Shown here in pieces: positions 35,359 through 46,588 of a stretch of 64,000 nucleotides of DNA. Source of the stretch: an uncultured Alphaproteobacteria bacterium. Its GTDB lineage: Bacteria > Pseudomonadota > Alphaproteobacteria > RF32 > CAG-239. The stretch spans positions 7,853-71,852 of the forward strand of contig CALXZK010000003.1 in the NCBI GenBank assembly GCA_944393225.1, written 5' to 3'. Below the pieces are notes generated by a model. That model saw only the letters and a list, made by a program, of their open reading frames with translations. It ran no database searches and was not told the DNA's origin. The number at the start of each line of letters is the position of its first letter. The first letter of the stretch is position 1. A program made the translations under genes and the position numbers.

Positions 35359-35928
35359 TTAGAAGCTGTATCTAACACCGGCTGTCAAGTCAACAATGTT
35401 ATTAATACCTTCTACATCAACATCAGCATAACGAACCATTACGCGGCCAGCCATGTTTTCGGTGAAGTTGTATTGAGCACCGGCACCTAATCTCCAGCCC
35501 CAACCGTCATCAGTTACTTTTGCTCTTGCATCTGCTGTTTCGGCTTTAATTTCAGCATCGTAATAGCCCAAGCCTAAAGAGCCCAAAAGTTCAATTTTTT
35601 CATCGCAACCTAAAGGCATATAACCAATCATATCAACACCATAGGCGTGGTATTTATCTTTGATTTCACCGCCAACGTGATGTTTTTTGCCTTCTTCGGT
35701 TTGTTGGAAGAAAGCTTCAACGCCAAAGTTTTTATGCATTTTCATACCGGCAGTGATGGCATAAGCATTCAAATCTTCTTCAACGGCTGTAATACCGTTA
35801 ACATCATCTGTATCCATCATAGAATAAACATAATCCAAACCAACATACGGTTTCATTTCCATATCCATAGCGTTGGCATTAAAACTCATAACTGAAGCCA
35901 CACCGGCCAATAATAAATATTTTTTCAT
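35359..35928 (-). CDS. Small outer-membrane beta-barrel protein (OMP_b-brl / opacity-porin-like)
   Basis: Signal peptide MKKYLLLAGVASVMSFNANA. Alternating hydrophobic strands. C-terminal AGVRYSF, with the terminal Phe typical of OMPs. Confidence 0.75.
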   Translation of the reverse strand: MKKYLLLAGVASVMSFNANAMDMEMKPYVGLDYVYSMMDTDDVNGITAVEEDLNAYAITAGMKMHKNFGVEAFFQQTEEGKKHHVGGEIKDKYHAYGVDMIGYMPLGCDEKIELLGSLGLGYYDAEIKAETADARAKVTDDGWGWRLGAGAQYNFTENMAGRVMVRYADVDVEGINNIVDLTAGVRYSF

Positions 35929-36106
35929 TTTTAAACTCCTGTATGATTATCTCTAATTGAGACAACATGATTTTAACAACCTATATTAGTTTGTCAAGCA
36001 TTAAATTGTTCTAATATAAGTTGCATAAGATTATATATCAAATCTTCCAAAACATTTTTCATATAATCATAAAAATGAAAAAAACATCCCCTATTCTCAA
36101 AAAAAA

Positions 36107-37366
36107 TTAAAAATAGTGATAACCGTCATATGCCAAACCCAAACCAACAGATGTGAGCTTGTCTTTGGCGGAAATTTCGGCATTAGGAAAAACTTGGCAT
36201 AGTTCATTTTTCACAATCGGAATTTCGGTTGAGCCACCGGTTAAGATAATTAAATCAATTTTTTCAGCTTTTATTTGCGCTTGGCATAAACATTCTTGAA
36301 CCGAATTTTTAACTTTGGATAAGTCATTTTTAACAGCCTCGCTCAGAACTAAATCCGTTGATTGAATTTGCGGTTTTCCGCCCAGAAAATCTAGAATCGT
36401 CATGACTTGAGGCTGATTTGATAATTTTATTTTGGCATTCTCAACCAACCACAAAAGCTTGTGTCCGGCTTCTTGTTCATACAGCTCCAACAAACGTGTA
36501 TATTTTTCCGGATTATGAGCTTCGGTTAAAACCTCATTGATTATCTTTTTGTTTTGATAAGTGTAAGCCATGTTTATCTTGCTCCACTCCGACATATCAA
36601 AATATTGCGATGTCGGCACAAAAAGGTTCTTTTTGCCATAGGTCGTGTGCATACCTAATTCCGGCATGAATGACTTGATTGATAAATCTTTATCAAAGTC
36701 ATTACCGCCAATTCTGATACCGGAATCTGCCAAAATATCATCATAGCGATTTTTCTTGCTTTTTAATTTTTCGCCCAATTTGATGATGCTAAAATCTGAT
36801 GTTCCGCCGCCAATATCTATGACGCAAGCCAGTTTTTCGCCTTTGATATTTTCTTCATGAGCATAGGCTGCCGCAATCGGCTCGTATTGAAAATATATTT
36901 CCTTAAAGCCGGCTTTTTCGGCAACGTCTTTTAACTGCTTCTCCGCTTCTATATCCCCTTTTTTATCATTATCACGAAAATGAACCGGTCTACCCATAAC
37001 AACTTTTTCAATATTTTCATGAACAAAATTTTCGGCTTTTTCTTTCATGAATTTTATATATTGAGCCAAAATATTTTCAAATTTGACCGATTTTCCGTGC
37101 AAAATCGTGCCATTTTGCATTAAATCCGTACCTAAAACGCGTTTTAAGGAGCGCATTAAACGTCCCTCTTCTCCACTCATATGTTTTTGCAGAGCAAGCC
37201 GTCCGAAAACAGGCTGAGATTTGTTGTTTTCATAGAATATGGCGGAGGGAATGGTGATGTGTTCATCTTCAACCGCAATCATCTGCGGCTTTTGCGTTAT
37301 TGAAGCTACGGCAATAGATGAATTGGACGTGCCAAAATCTATGCCGCAGAAAAAATCTTGCGCCAT
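36107..37366 (-). CDS. Hsp70-family ATPase without a substrate-binding domain (YegD-like)
   Basis: GIDFGTSNSSIAV (phosphate 1), VIDIGGGTSDFSI (phosphate 2), ILTGGSTEIP (adenosine). At 419 aa it contains only the NBD. Confidence 0.75.
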   Translation of the reverse strand: MAQDFFCGIDFGTSNSSIAVASITQKPQMIAVEDEHITIPSAIFYENNKSQPVFGRLALQKHMSGEEGRLMRSLKRVLGTDLMQNGTILHGKSVKFENILAQYIKFMKEKAENFVHENIEKVVMGRPVHFRDNDKKGDIEAEKQLKDVAEKAGFKEIYFQYEPIAAAYAHEENIKGEKLACVIDIGGGTSDFSIIKLGEKLKSKKNRYDDILADSGIRIGGNDFDKDLSIKSFMPELGMHTTYGKKNLFVPTSQYFDMSEWSKINMAYTYQNKKIINEVLTEAHNPEKYTRLLELYEQEAGHKLLWLVENAKIKLSNQPQVMTILDFLGGKPQIQSTDLVLSEAVKNDLSKVKNSVQECLCQAQIKAEKIDLIILTGGSTEIPIVKNELCQVFPNAEISAKDKLTSVGLGLAYDGYHYF

Positions 37367-37491
37367 GATAAATTTTCCTTTTGTTTATTGTTGCAAAAGC
37401 GCTTTTAGCATTACCATTTTTTGTTGTCAATAAAGATAATTTTTACTTTTCCGGTTTATTATTTTTTCAAATTTTAATAAGGAGAAATGAG

Positions 37492-38460
37492 ATGCATATT
37501 TTAGTTATCGGCGGAGCCGGATACATTGGTTCTCATGTTGTTAAAGCTTTGTTGAACCGCAATATGAAAGTGACTGTTTTTGATAACCTTTCTACCGGTA
37601 CAAAGCTCAACTTGTTTCCGCAAGCTGATTTTATTGAAGGAGATATTCTTAACTATGACCAAATTCTTGCCGCATTAAAGCAAAATGTGGATGGAATTGT
37701 ACTTCTTGCCGGCAAAAAAGCCGTCGGAGAATCTATGGAAAATCCGATGAAATATGCCTTGAATAACATTAACGGCGTTATTAATGTCTTGAATGCCATG
37801 GTTGAAGCCAATGTTAAAAAAGCCATTTTCTCCTCTTCTGCTGCAGTTTACGGCATGCCGCAATATTTGCCGCTTGATGAAACACATCCCGAAAATCCGA
37901 TGAGTTTTTACGGCTTCACCAAGCTTGAAACAGAACGCTTCTTAAAATGGTATGACCTGCTCAAAGGAATCAAATTTGTTTCTTTGCGCTATTTTAATGC
38001 CGTTGGCTATGATGAAAACGGCGATGTTAAAGGTTTGGAAGAAAACCCGCAAAATCTGTTGCCGATTGTTATGGAAGCTCTTATCGGCAAAAGAGAAAAG
38101 CTCAAAATCTTCGGAAATGATTATCCGACACGTGACGGAACCTGCATTCGGGACTATATTCATGTAACCGATTTAGGCTCTGCTCATGCTTTGGCTTTGG
38201 AATACTTAGATAAAGGTGGTGAAAGCCAAATTTTGAACTTGGGAACGTCTATCGGCAGCAGCGTTTTAGAAATGGTTAACAAGACTGAAGAAGTTACCGG
38301 TAAAAAAGTTCCTTACGAATTTGCACCTCGTCGCGCCGGTGACCCTGCCGAGCTGACAGCAAAATCTGACAAAGCCAAACAGATTTTAGGTTGGGAGCCC
38401 ACACATTCCGATTTGGAAAATATTATTTCTTCCACCTGGAATATGTATAAAAACTTGTAA
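37492..38460 (+). CDS. galE: UDP-glucose 4-epimerase
   Basis: MHILVIGGAGYIGSHV, SSSAAVYG, YGFTKLETE (YxxxK), IRDYIHVTDL. The ATG at 37492 follows AAGGAG. The track ORF's upstream TTG extension is unlikely to be real. Confidence 0.88.
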   Translation: MHILVIGGAGYIGSHVVKALLNRNMKVTVFDNLSTGTKLNLFPQADFIEGDILNYDQILAALKQNVDGIVLLAGKKAVGESMENPMKYALNNINGVINVLNAMVEANVKKAIFSSSAAVYGMPQYLPLDETHPENPMSFYGFTKLETERFLKWYDLLKGIKFVSLRYFNAVGYDENGDVKGLEENPQNLLPIVMEALIGKREKLKIFGNDYPTRDGTCIRDYIHVTDLGSAHALALEYLDKGGESQILNLGTSIGSSVLEMVNKTEEVTGKKVPYEFAPRRAGDPAELTAKSDKAKQILGWEPTHSDLENIISSTWNMYKNL

Positions 38461-38473
38461 AGACAACCTTTTC

Positions 38474-38509
38474 AAAAAAAATCCTCACTTTTTAGTGAGG
38501 ATTTTTTTT
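38474..38509. terminator. Bidirectional terminator between convergent galE and the ABC exporter gene
   Basis: AAAATCCTCAC-ttttta-GTGAGGATTTT, flanked by an A run and a T run. Confidence 0.75.
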
Positions 38510-38516
38510 ATAACCT

Positions 38517-40283
38517 TTATTTTATTTGAGTTTTATAAAGAGCTGCATAAGCACTATTTTCTTTTGCTAAGAGTTCTTCATGCTTACCCTCTTCCACAAT
38601 CTCACCGTTATTAATCACCACAATTTTATCGGCATTTTTAACGGTTGATAAACGGTGGGCGATAATAAATACGGTTCGGTCTGCCATCAGGTTTTCAATA
38701 GCTTGCTGAACAATACCTTCCGATTTGTTATCTAAAGCTGAGGTCGCTTCATCCAAAATAACAATCGGGGCATTTTTCAAAAAGGCTCTGGCAATGGCAA
38801 TACGTTGTTTTTGTCCGCCTGAGAGCAATACGCCACGTTCGCCGATCTCGGTATCCAAACCATTATCTAACGACTTGATAAAATCGGTTAAACAAGCGGA
38901 ATGTATTGCTTTATCAATTTCTTCTTGCGTAGCATTTTGGTTTCCCAGCAAAATATTTTCTCTGATTGTGCCGGCAAATAAGAAATTGTCTTGAAAGACG
39001 ATGGCTATTTTATCGCGCAGAGAATCTAAGTCATAATCACGAATATCCACGCCATCAATCATCAAAGATCCGGATTTTATATCATAAAAACGCGGTAACA
39101 AGTTGACTGTGGTGGTTTTTCCGCCGCCTGAGTTGCCGACAAAAGCTATTGTCTGACCAACTTTTACATTCAGATTGATATGTTTTAATACCGGCTTGTT
39201 GGCAATATATTCAAAGCAAACATCTTTATATTCAATATTCTTTTTAACGGCAGTCAATTTTTTGGCATTGGGTTTGCTTTTGATGCTGGGTTCCATTTCC
39301 AACAAATCAAACACACGCTCAATGGCCATTAAAGACATTTGTACCGAATTGTAGTTGTTACCAATACTTTTAATCGGGTTATAAAGCATAATCAAAGCGG
39401 CAATGAAGGAAACAAAGTTACCGCTTGATATGTCGTGATTGACAATCAAATAACTTCCGAGCCAAATGACCAAAGCAATACCCAAAGAGACAATAAAGTG
39501 CATTAAAGGAGAAATGAGACCTGTTCTTTGAATCATTTTAATGCCGACGCGGAATAGCATATGCAGGTCGTTTTTGAAACGATTATAGGCATAATCATAC
39601 AAGTTGTAAGAAGATATGACTCTGTTTCCACTGAAGGTTTCATTATAACTGGTGGCAATATTCCCTCCGGCAAAAACATTTTGATTCATCAAATCTTTTA
39701 ATTTTTTACGAACCGTTGTTAATGGATATAATGCGCAGCCTAATATAACAATAGCCACGAGAGCTAATTGCCATGAATTGTAAAATAAAACAAAAATCAA
39801 TGATATTGATGAAAAAATACGTGTTGTAAATAATTTTACATTGGAGAGCAAACCGCTGCAAGCCAATTCCACGTCATTGTTATATCTAAACTGAACATCA
39901 CCCGATGTTGTGGTATCAAAGAAATGGGTATCATTTCTTAATAGTTTTTTATATAAATCAGCCTTCAAGTCATTGGTGATTTTGCGACCGACCCAAGTAT
40001 TCATATAGGTAGCCAAATAGTTTAGCAAGCTTTGAAGCAAGCTAAAGAAAATGATCAAAAGAGGTAAATATGTGGTAGAAGAAGTGTTTTTTTCTACCAT
40101 TACAACATCCATGTATGGTTTTAATGCCCAAGCAATAACAGCATCCATACTTCCGATTGGAATGGTTATCAGGAGAGCTAATAAAGCTCGTTTCCAATAA
40201 GGCTGTACATACGGAGAAATTTTTTTATAATTTCTGACCGTGTATAGTGAATTGAATTTTTCTTTCAATTTTTGAAACATCAA
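38517..40283 (-). CDS. ABC exporter, fused permease/ATPase (MsbA-like lipid/drug exporter class)
   Basis: Six N-terminal TM helices. Walker A GNSGGGKTT, signature LSGGQKQR, Walker B IVILDEATSALD. Confidence 0.85.
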   Translation of the reverse strand: MMFQKLKEKFNSLYTVRNYKKISPYVQPYWKRALLALLITIPIGSMDAVIAWALKPYMDVVMVEKNTSSTTYLPLLIIFFSLLQSLLNYLATYMNTWVGRKITNDLKADLYKKLLRNDTHFFDTTTSGDVQFRYNNDVELACSGLLSNVKLFTTRIFSSISLIFVLFYNSWQLALVAIVILGCALYPLTTVRKKLKDLMNQNVFAGGNIATSYNETFSGNRVISSYNLYDYAYNRFKNDLHMLFRVGIKMIQRTGLISPLMHFIVSLGIALVIWLGSYLIVNHDISSGNFVSFIAALIMLYNPIKSIGNNYNSVQMSLMAIERVFDLLEMEPSIKSKPNAKKLTAVKKNIEYKDVCFEYIANKPVLKHINLNVKVGQTIAFVGNSGGGKTTTVNLLPRFYDIKSGSLMIDGVDIRDYDLDSLRDKIAIVFQDNFLFAGTIRENILLGNQNATQEEIDKAIHSACLTDFIKSLDNGLDTEIGERGVLLSGGQKQRIAIARAFLKNAPIVILDEATSALDNKSEGIVQQAIENLMADRTVFIIAHRLSTVKNADKIVVINNGEIVEEGKHEELLAKENSAYAALYKTQIK

Positions 40284-40292
40284 AAATTTCCT

Positions 40293-42170
40293 TTATCTGC
40301 GATTGAAAAGTTTTTCTATATCTTTGAGTTTAAGCTCAATATAGGTTGGACGACCATGATTGCATTGTCCTGAGTGGTCGGTCTTTTCCATATCTCTGAG
40401 TAGACGATTCATCTCGTCAAAATTTAAGGCGCGCCCTGCTCTGACCGAGCCATGACAAGCAAATGTGGCGCAGATATGGTGTAATTTGTCTGTCAAAGCA
40501 TATTCTCCGCCCCATTCGGCAATTTCTTCAGCTAAATCGGTGATGAGTTTTTTGACATCGCAATCTTTTATCAATGCCGGAACTTCACGCACAATCACTG
40601 CCGTCGTGCCAAATTCTTCAATAACCAAGCCAAGCTGATTTAACTCAGCCGTCAAGCTCAAAATTCTTTCTTTTGCCGAAGCATCCAAATCAACGACTTC
40701 GGGAATGAGCAACATTTGTGAAGCCAGACGTCCATTTTTTTGCAAATTGGCTTTCATGCGCTCCATAACAATGCGTTCATGAGAGGCATGTTGGTCAATG
40801 ATGACAATACTATCTTCGGTTTGTGAAATGATATAAGTATTGTGGAATTGCGCTTTGGGAATACCCAAAGGTCCGCTTTCTGCCGTCGGAATATTTTCAT
40901 AAGCTGTCGGAGCTTCCACCTTAACCGAAAACTTGTGTTCGAGTTCCGGCAGCTCGACTTGTGAACGACGGCTCGGAGCAATAACGGCGCTTTGAAAGTT
41001 AAAACCTTGCGGACGCAAAGATGGTTGCGGATTATGTTCTCGCAGCTCTAATGTTTCGGGAATATCGTGAACAAGGACTTGCTCTTGCGCGTTTTCCGTG
41101 CGCGGAACGCCAAATTCGGGAATGGTATCACGCACAAACTCATTGATGTCTAACGTATTGGAAGAACGTCTACTTTCTACCGTTAAAGCGTTTCTTATGG
41201 CACTGACAAGCAAGCCTCTGACCAAAGCATTATCATAAAAACGAACCTCTGCTTTTGCCGGATGCACATTCACGTCGACATAAGCCGGATCAATATCAAA
41301 AAACAAAGCACACATGGGATAGCGGTTGCTTGCCAAAACATCCATATATGCCCCTTTGATGGCACCCAGCAATAATTTATCACGCACCGGACGATTGTTG
41401 ACAAACAAATATTGCGACAGAGAATTGGCTTTGTTCAATGTCGGCAAGCTGACATAGCCCGAAATATGCAAATTTTCTCTGAAAGCATCTATCAAAACCG
41501 AGTTTTCGCCGAATTCTTTTCCCATGACATCTGACAAGCGCTTTAATCTGGCATCAAAAAGCTCACCCTGCTCGGCATTCAAACTCAGCTTCTTTTTATC
41601 GCCATCTTTCAAATAAAAAGAAATATGCGGGTTGGCCATGGCTATGCGGGTTAAAATATCAACACAAGCATTGGTTTCCGAAGTTGAGGCTTTCAAAAAT
41701 TTTAATCTGGCAGGTGTGGCATAGAACAAATCTCTGACTTCTATTCTGGTGCCAAACGGATGTGATGCCGGAACGGGTTTGCTTTTTTCTCCGCCGTTGA
41801 CCTCAATTTTCCATGCACTATCGGCATCTTTCGTGCGCGATGTGATGCTCAATCTGGCAACAGAAGAAATGGACGGTAAAGCCTCTCCTCTAAAGCCTAA
41901 GAAATTGATATTAAACAAATTGTCATCAGGCAATTTTGAGGTTGCGTGTCTTTCAACCGCTAGTTCCAACTCATCGGGTGTCATGCCCTTGCCGTTATCA
42001 GATACAATAATCAGGCTCTTACCGCCGTCAACCAAAGTGACCTCGATTGAGGTTGCGCCGGCATCGATAGAGTTTTCTACCAACTCTTTGATAACCGATG
42101 ACGGTCGTTCAATTACCTCACCGGCGGCAATTTGGTTGACTAGGTTTGACGGTAAGATTCTGATTCCCAT
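40293..42170 (-). CDS. mutL: DNA mismatch repair protein MutL
   Basis: IRILPSNLVNQIAAGEVIERPSSVIKELVENSIDAG (GHKL ATPase N-terminus), DNGKGM. C-terminal endonuclease-type motif DQHASHERI and CNHGRPT. Confidence 0.92.
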   Translation of the reverse strand: MGIRILPSNLVNQIAAGEVIERPSSVIKELVENSIDAGATSIEVTLVDGGKSLIIVSDNGKGMTPDELELAVERHATSKLPDDNLFNINFLGFRGEALPSISSVARLSITSRTKDADSAWKIEVNGGEKSKPVPASHPFGTRIEVRDLFYATPARLKFLKASTSETNACVDILTRIAMANPHISFYLKDGDKKKLSLNAEQGELFDARLKRLSDVMGKEFGENSVLIDAFRENLHISGYVSLPTLNKANSLSQYLFVNNRPVRDKLLLGAIKGAYMDVLASNRYPMCALFFDIDPAYVDVNVHPAKAEVRFYDNALVRGLLVSAIRNALTVESRRSSNTLDINEFVRDTIPEFGVPRTENAQEQVLVHDIPETLELREHNPQPSLRPQGFNFQSAVIAPSRRSQVELPELEHKFSVKVEAPTAYENIPTAESGPLGIPKAQFHNTYIISQTEDSIVIIDQHASHERIVMERMKANLQKNGRLASQMLLIPEVVDLDASAKERILSLTAELNQLGLVIEEFGTTAVIVREVPALIKDCDVKKLITDLAEEIAEWGGEYALTDKLHHICATFACHGSVRAGRALNFDEMNRLLRDMEKTDHSGQCNHGRPTYIELKLKDIEKLFNRR

Positions 42171-42174
42171 TGAC

Positions 42175-43818
42175 TTACTTTCTCAAGTTTTTGATATATC
42201 TGATTAAAGCAGCGGTTGAGCTGTCATGATTGATTGAGGAAGCATTTTCCTGCAACTCGGGTAGAATGTCCAAAGCCATTTTTTTGCCCAATTCAACACC
42301 GAATTGGTCAAATGAGTTAATGTTCCAGATAACACCTTGAACAAAGACTTTGTGTTCATACATGGCAACCAACATACCCAAAGTATAAGGATCAATCTTT
42401 TTGCAGATGATGGTGTTGCTCGGGTTGTTTCCGGGGAAGCTTTTATACTTTTTCAAGGCATCTACGGCTTCTTTATCTTTTCCGGCTTTGGCTAATTCTT
42501 CTGCGGTTTCTTTAACGGTTTTGCCTTTCATCAAAGCTTCTGCCTGAGCCAAAACATTGGCTATCAAAATCTCGTGATGATCACCGATTTCGTTATGAGA
42601 AATAGCCGGAATGATGAAATCTACCGGAATTGGAGTTGTACCTTGGTGCAACATTTGGAAGAATGAGTGTTGAACATCGGTACCGGCACCACCAAAAATG
42701 ACATTTCCGGTATCATATTTAACAAATTCATTATCAGCACTGACAAACTTGCCGTTGCTTTCCATTTCCAGCTGTTGCAAATATGCCGGAAGAAGGCGCA
42801 AATATTGGTCATAAGGCACGATGGCTTGACTACGCAAACCTAAGAAGTTGTTGTTCCAAATGCCAATCAAAGCCAACATAACCGGAATGTTGTGAGCTAA
42901 ATCGGTGTGACGGAAGTGCAAGTCCATGGTGTGTGCACCTTCCAACATTTTTTCAAAATTATCCATGCCGACAGCAATAGCAATTGACAAGCCAATGGCT
43001 GACCACATGGAATATCTGCCGCCGACAAAATCCCAGAATTCAAACATATTTTCGGTATCAATACCAAATTCTTTCACTTTTGCGGCATTGGTTGACAAGG
43101 CAACAAAGTGTTTGGCTACGGCATGTTCGCCCAAAGCATCTACCAACCATTTGCGGCAAGTTTTGGCATTGGTTAAGGTTTCAATGGTGGTAAAGGTTTT
43201 GGAAGCCACAATAAACAAGGTGGTTTCCGGATTGAGCTTGTTCAAAACCTCAGCGCAAGCCGTGCCATCAATATTGGAGATGAAATAGGTATTAATATCT
43301 TTGGCTTTATATTTTTTCAAAGCCTCAGTTGCCATAACCGGACCTAAATCAGAACCGCCAATGCCGATATTGACAATATCGGTCAATTTTTTACCGGTAT
43401 AACCGATAAATTTGCCAAAGCGAACGGCTTCAGAAAACTTGCGCATTTTGGCAAGAACTTCATTAATTTGCGGCATGACATTTTTGCTATCTACATAAAC
43501 AGGTGTGTTGTCACGATTTCTTAAAGCTGTATGCAAAACGGCACGATTTTCGGTAAAGTTAATTTTTTCACCGCTGAACATGGCTTGGATTTTTTCTTCC
43601 ACACCGCGAACACGAGCAAGCTCCAACAAATAGACAAGAGTCTTTTCATTGACGCGGTTTTTGGAAAAATCTACCAGCATGGATTCAAGCTGCAAACTGA
43701 ACTTGGAGGCACGTTTGTTGTCTTGCTCAAACATATCTCTCATTTCAATTTTTTTCATCTTTTTAGCATGACGTTCCAATCTTTTCCATGCTCTTAATTT
43801 ATTAACAGTACCAGTCAT
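42175..43818 (-). CDS. pgi: Glucose-6-phosphate isomerase
   Basis: NIGIGGSDLGP, FIVASKTFTT, GGRYSMWSAIG, LEMESNGK: the canonical PGI signatures. Confidence 0.92.
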   Translation of the reverse strand: MTGTVNKLRAWKRLERHAKKMKKIEMRDMFEQDNKRASKFSLQLESMLVDFSKNRVNEKTLVYLLELARVRGVEEKIQAMFSGEKINFTENRAVLHTALRNRDNTPVYVDSKNVMPQINEVLAKMRKFSEAVRFGKFIGYTGKKLTDIVNIGIGGSDLGPVMATEALKKYKAKDINTYFISNIDGTACAEVLNKLNPETTLFIVASKTFTTIETLTNAKTCRKWLVDALGEHAVAKHFVALSTNAAKVKEFGIDTENMFEFWDFVGGRYSMWSAIGLSIAIAVGMDNFEKMLEGAHTMDLHFRHTDLAHNIPVMLALIGIWNNNFLGLRSQAIVPYDQYLRLLPAYLQQLEMESNGKFVSADNEFVKYDTGNVIFGGAGTDVQHSFFQMLHQGTTPIPVDFIIPAISHNEIGDHHEILIANVLAQAEALMKGKTVKETAEELAKAGKDKEAVDALKKYKSFPGNNPSNTIICKKIDPYTLGMLVAMYEHKVFVQGVIWNINSFDQFGVELGKKMALDILPELQENASSINHDSSTAALIRYIKNLRK

Positions 43819-43823
43819 TCTTT

Positions 43824-45257
43824 TTACTTCTCCTTATTTTGAGTAAAGCTACCGATGTTGACCGAAATATAACCATTCGGTCTAAAGTATTTTTGAACAG
43901 CTTTATTTACTTCCTCAGTACTTATTTTTTTGATTTTTTGATTGCGATTTTGCAAAAAGTCTAATCCTAAATTGTCTTTTTGCATGTATAATAAAATCTC
44001 TGATAAATTGGCAACAGATGCAAAACGCAAATTGTAAGAAGCCAACAAATATTTCTTTGCATTTTCAACTTCTTCTTTGCTTGCACCAAATTTACCGAAC
44101 TTGTTCCATTCTTGGCGCAAAATCTCTTCAACTTCCTTATATTTATCTGCAGTGGAAGAAAATCCGCCTTGAAGCAACGGAGATTTGTCTGCCAAGCTCA
44201 TATAGGTATAAATATTATATGTTAGCCCCTTTTCTTCCCTTGCCGCTTTGGATAAGCGAGAGCTTAAGCCGGAACCGCCAAAGATGTGATTTGCTACATA
44301 AAGAGGATAAAAATCTTGACTATCTCGGGCAACACCTTTGGTCGCAAAACGACTGATGTTTTGTCCGCCTGCCGTAAACTCAATGTTTTTATCCGACTTT
44401 TTGAAATCAACATCCGGATTACGGACAAAATCGATGGCCGTGCTTTGCGGCAATGAACCAAATATATCATCCAAAACCGTACCCAAGGCATCGGCAGAAA
44501 TATCACCGGAAACACCGATAATTAAATTGTTTTGCGCCAGATGTGTTTGCATATAGTTGCGCAAATCTTCCGATGTGAGCTTGCTTGCATCTTCCCATTT
44601 GCCCAAAGGATTGCGTCCGTATGGGTGATCTCCATATAAATATTCAGCAAATTTTAAGTTCAAAATGCTTTGCGGATGCTCTTTTTGCATCAAAAAAAGC
44701 TTTTGCAACTGCAATTTGTTGCGGAGCATATCTTCTTCATCAAAGCGAGGCGATGTTAAAACATCTTTTAACAAAGCATAGGCTTGTTCTTGATGTTCCG
44801 AAGTGGTAACCAGAGAGCCGCTAAAGTCGTCTAAAGATGAAGAGAATGAAATACCTATTGCATAATCTTCAAGTTTTTCTTTAAATTCTTGCGAGGTAAG
44901 CTCTTTAGTTCCTTCCATCAGCATAGCGGCAGTAAGAGCAGAGATACCTTGTTTATCTTTGTCATCAGATGCGCGTCCTGCACCTTTAAACATAAAACTA
45001 AAGCTTATTATCGGCGCTGTTCTTTCCTCTAACAAATATGCTTTAATCTTATATCTTGGAGAAACGACTTCCACCGGTTTGGAGGCAAAAGTTTTTTCTT
45101 TTAAGACAGATTCTGCTAAAATTTTATCCGGATTAAAACAAAAATATTGTTTATATACGTAGTTTGCACCAACACCCAACAGAGCCAAGAAAATGCCCCA
45201 TTGTATGGTTTTGGAGAAAAGTCCCGAACTTCTTGAACGACGACGATACGGCATCAA
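43824..45257 (-). CDS. M16-family peptidase-like protein lacking the zinc motif (non-catalytic partner)
   Basis: It has the M16 fold pattern but reads GISALTAAMLMEGT where HxxEH would be. It overlaps the upstream M16 gene by 4 nt. Confidence 0.75.
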   Translation of the reverse strand: MMPYRRRSRSSGLFSKTIQWGIFLALLGVGANYVYKQYFCFNPDKILAESVLKEKTFASKPVEVVSPRYKIKAYLLEERTAPIISFSFMFKGAGRASDDKDKQGISALTAAMLMEGTKELTSQEFKEKLEDYAIGISFSSSLDDFSGSLVTTSEHQEQAYALLKDVLTSPRFDEEDMLRNKLQLQKLFLMQKEHPQSILNLKFAEYLYGDHPYGRNPLGKWEDASKLTSEDLRNYMQTHLAQNNLIIGVSGDISADALGTVLDDIFGSLPQSTAIDFVRNPDVDFKKSDKNIEFTAGGQNISRFATKGVARDSQDFYPLYVANHIFGGSGLSSRLSKAAREEKGLTYNIYTYMSLADKSPLLQGGFSSTADKYKEVEEILRQEWNKFGKFGASKEEVENAKKYLLASYNLRFASVANLSEILLYMQKDNLGLDFLQNRNQKIKKISTEEVNKAVQKYFRPNGYISVNIGSFTQNKEK

Positions 45258-46588
45258 ATTTCTCCTTTCGGGCTTAAAATTCCCGTAACAACTGCAGTTT
45301 GAGATAAAAGTTTTTCGGCAGCATCTTTAACATCTTGGTAAGTTACTTCACGGATTTTTTCGGCATGATTTTCAATATCCGTTACACTCATGCCGGTGGC
45401 CGTCATTGTGCCTAAGGTATCTGCTGCATCAAACGGATTGTCTTGCAAATAGACCAGACCGGACAACATTTTATCTTTGGTGCTGTTTATTTTATCAATA
45501 TTCAAGTTTTGGACTGCTTTTTTAACTGCCTCATCAATTAAAACTTCCAACTCTTGCGGTGATGTTCCATCTGCCGGCAAAGCGGAAATTGAAAATGTGC
45601 CGTAACTGCGTGAGGTATAATCATATGAAGAGGAAACGGACAAAGCTTTCTTCTGTTTCAAAACCAAATCTTTATAAAGCTCTGAGGTTTCGCCATCGCC
45701 AATGTATTTTGAAAATACGGCCAAGTTATAAATATCATTTTTATCGGTATTAAAAGATGGCGCAACATAGGTTTTGACCAAGCGAGATGTGTTAATCTGC
45801 GGCAACTTCATACTCATTTGTGCCTGCATGGCAGAGTTTACTTTTGGAAATGCGGCTTTTTTAGAAAAATCGGCGCGTTTTTCAATTTTGCCGTAATATT
45901 TTTGAGCCAAATCTTTGGCTGTTTGCAAATCTATATCTCCGGCAAGAACTAAAACGGCATTATCCGGTGTGTAAAAAGCATTGTAAAAATCTTCCACATC
46001 GCTCAAAGTCAAAGATTTTATCTCACTTTCGGTGCCACTAACAGAACGACTGTAGGGATGTTCTTGCCACAAAACCTTACGAAAACTCTCAGCAAAAGGC
46101 GCTGCCGGATTGTTATCTACAATTTGTTTGCGCTCTTGATAAACAATGTCTCTTTCCAGCGCAAAATGCTCAGGTGATATTTGCAAATTTTCCATACGGT
46201 CGGCTTCCAACGCCATAACCAACTCAAGTTTTGAAATATCCAGAGAGTGATAATAAGACGTGAAATCAAAGGTGGTGAAAGCATTGCTCTCAACACCGTT
46301 TTGCTTCAAAATATCATCAAACATTTCTCCGCTTACATTGCTTGTGCCGCGAAACATTAAATGTTCCAGCAAATGAGCAGAGCCGCCCTTGCCTTTTTTC
46401 TCATCGACGGCACCGGCTTTGTACCACAACATATATTTGACAACCGGCGCTTTATGATTTTCGGCAACAACGACCTGCAAGCCATTATCAAGCGTAAAGC
46501 TTTGCGCTCCGAACAATTTTGCATGGACGGAGGAAAAGCTCAGGCATAAGGCAAGCCAAGAAAAGATGATGTATTTTATTTTAGCCAT
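45254..46588 (-). CDS. M16-family zinc metallopeptidase (pitrilysin family)
   Basis: Signal peptide. GGSAHLLEHLMFRGT is the inverted zinc motif HxxEH. Confidence 0.85.
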   Translation of the reverse strand: MAKIKYIIFSWLALCLSFSSVHAKLFGAQSFTLDNGLQVVVAENHKAPVVKYMLWYKAGAVDEKKGKGGSAHLLEHLMFRGTSNVSGEMFDDILKQNGVESNAFTTFDFTSYYHSLDISKLELVMALEADRMENLQISPEHFALERDIVYQERKQIVDNNPAAPFAESFRKVLWQEHPYSRSVSGTESEIKSLTLSDVEDFYNAFYTPDNAVLVLAGDIDLQTAKDLAQKYYGKIEKRADFSKKAAFPKVNSAMQAQMSMKLPQINTSRLVKTYVAPSFNTDKNDIYNLAVFSKYIGDGETSELYKDLVLKQKKALSVSSSYDYTSRSYGTFSISALPADGTSPQELEVLIDEAVKKAVQNLNIDKINSTKDKMLSGLVYLQDNPFDAADTLGTMTATGMSVTDIENHAEKIREVTYQDVKDAAEKLLSQTAVVTGILSPKGEI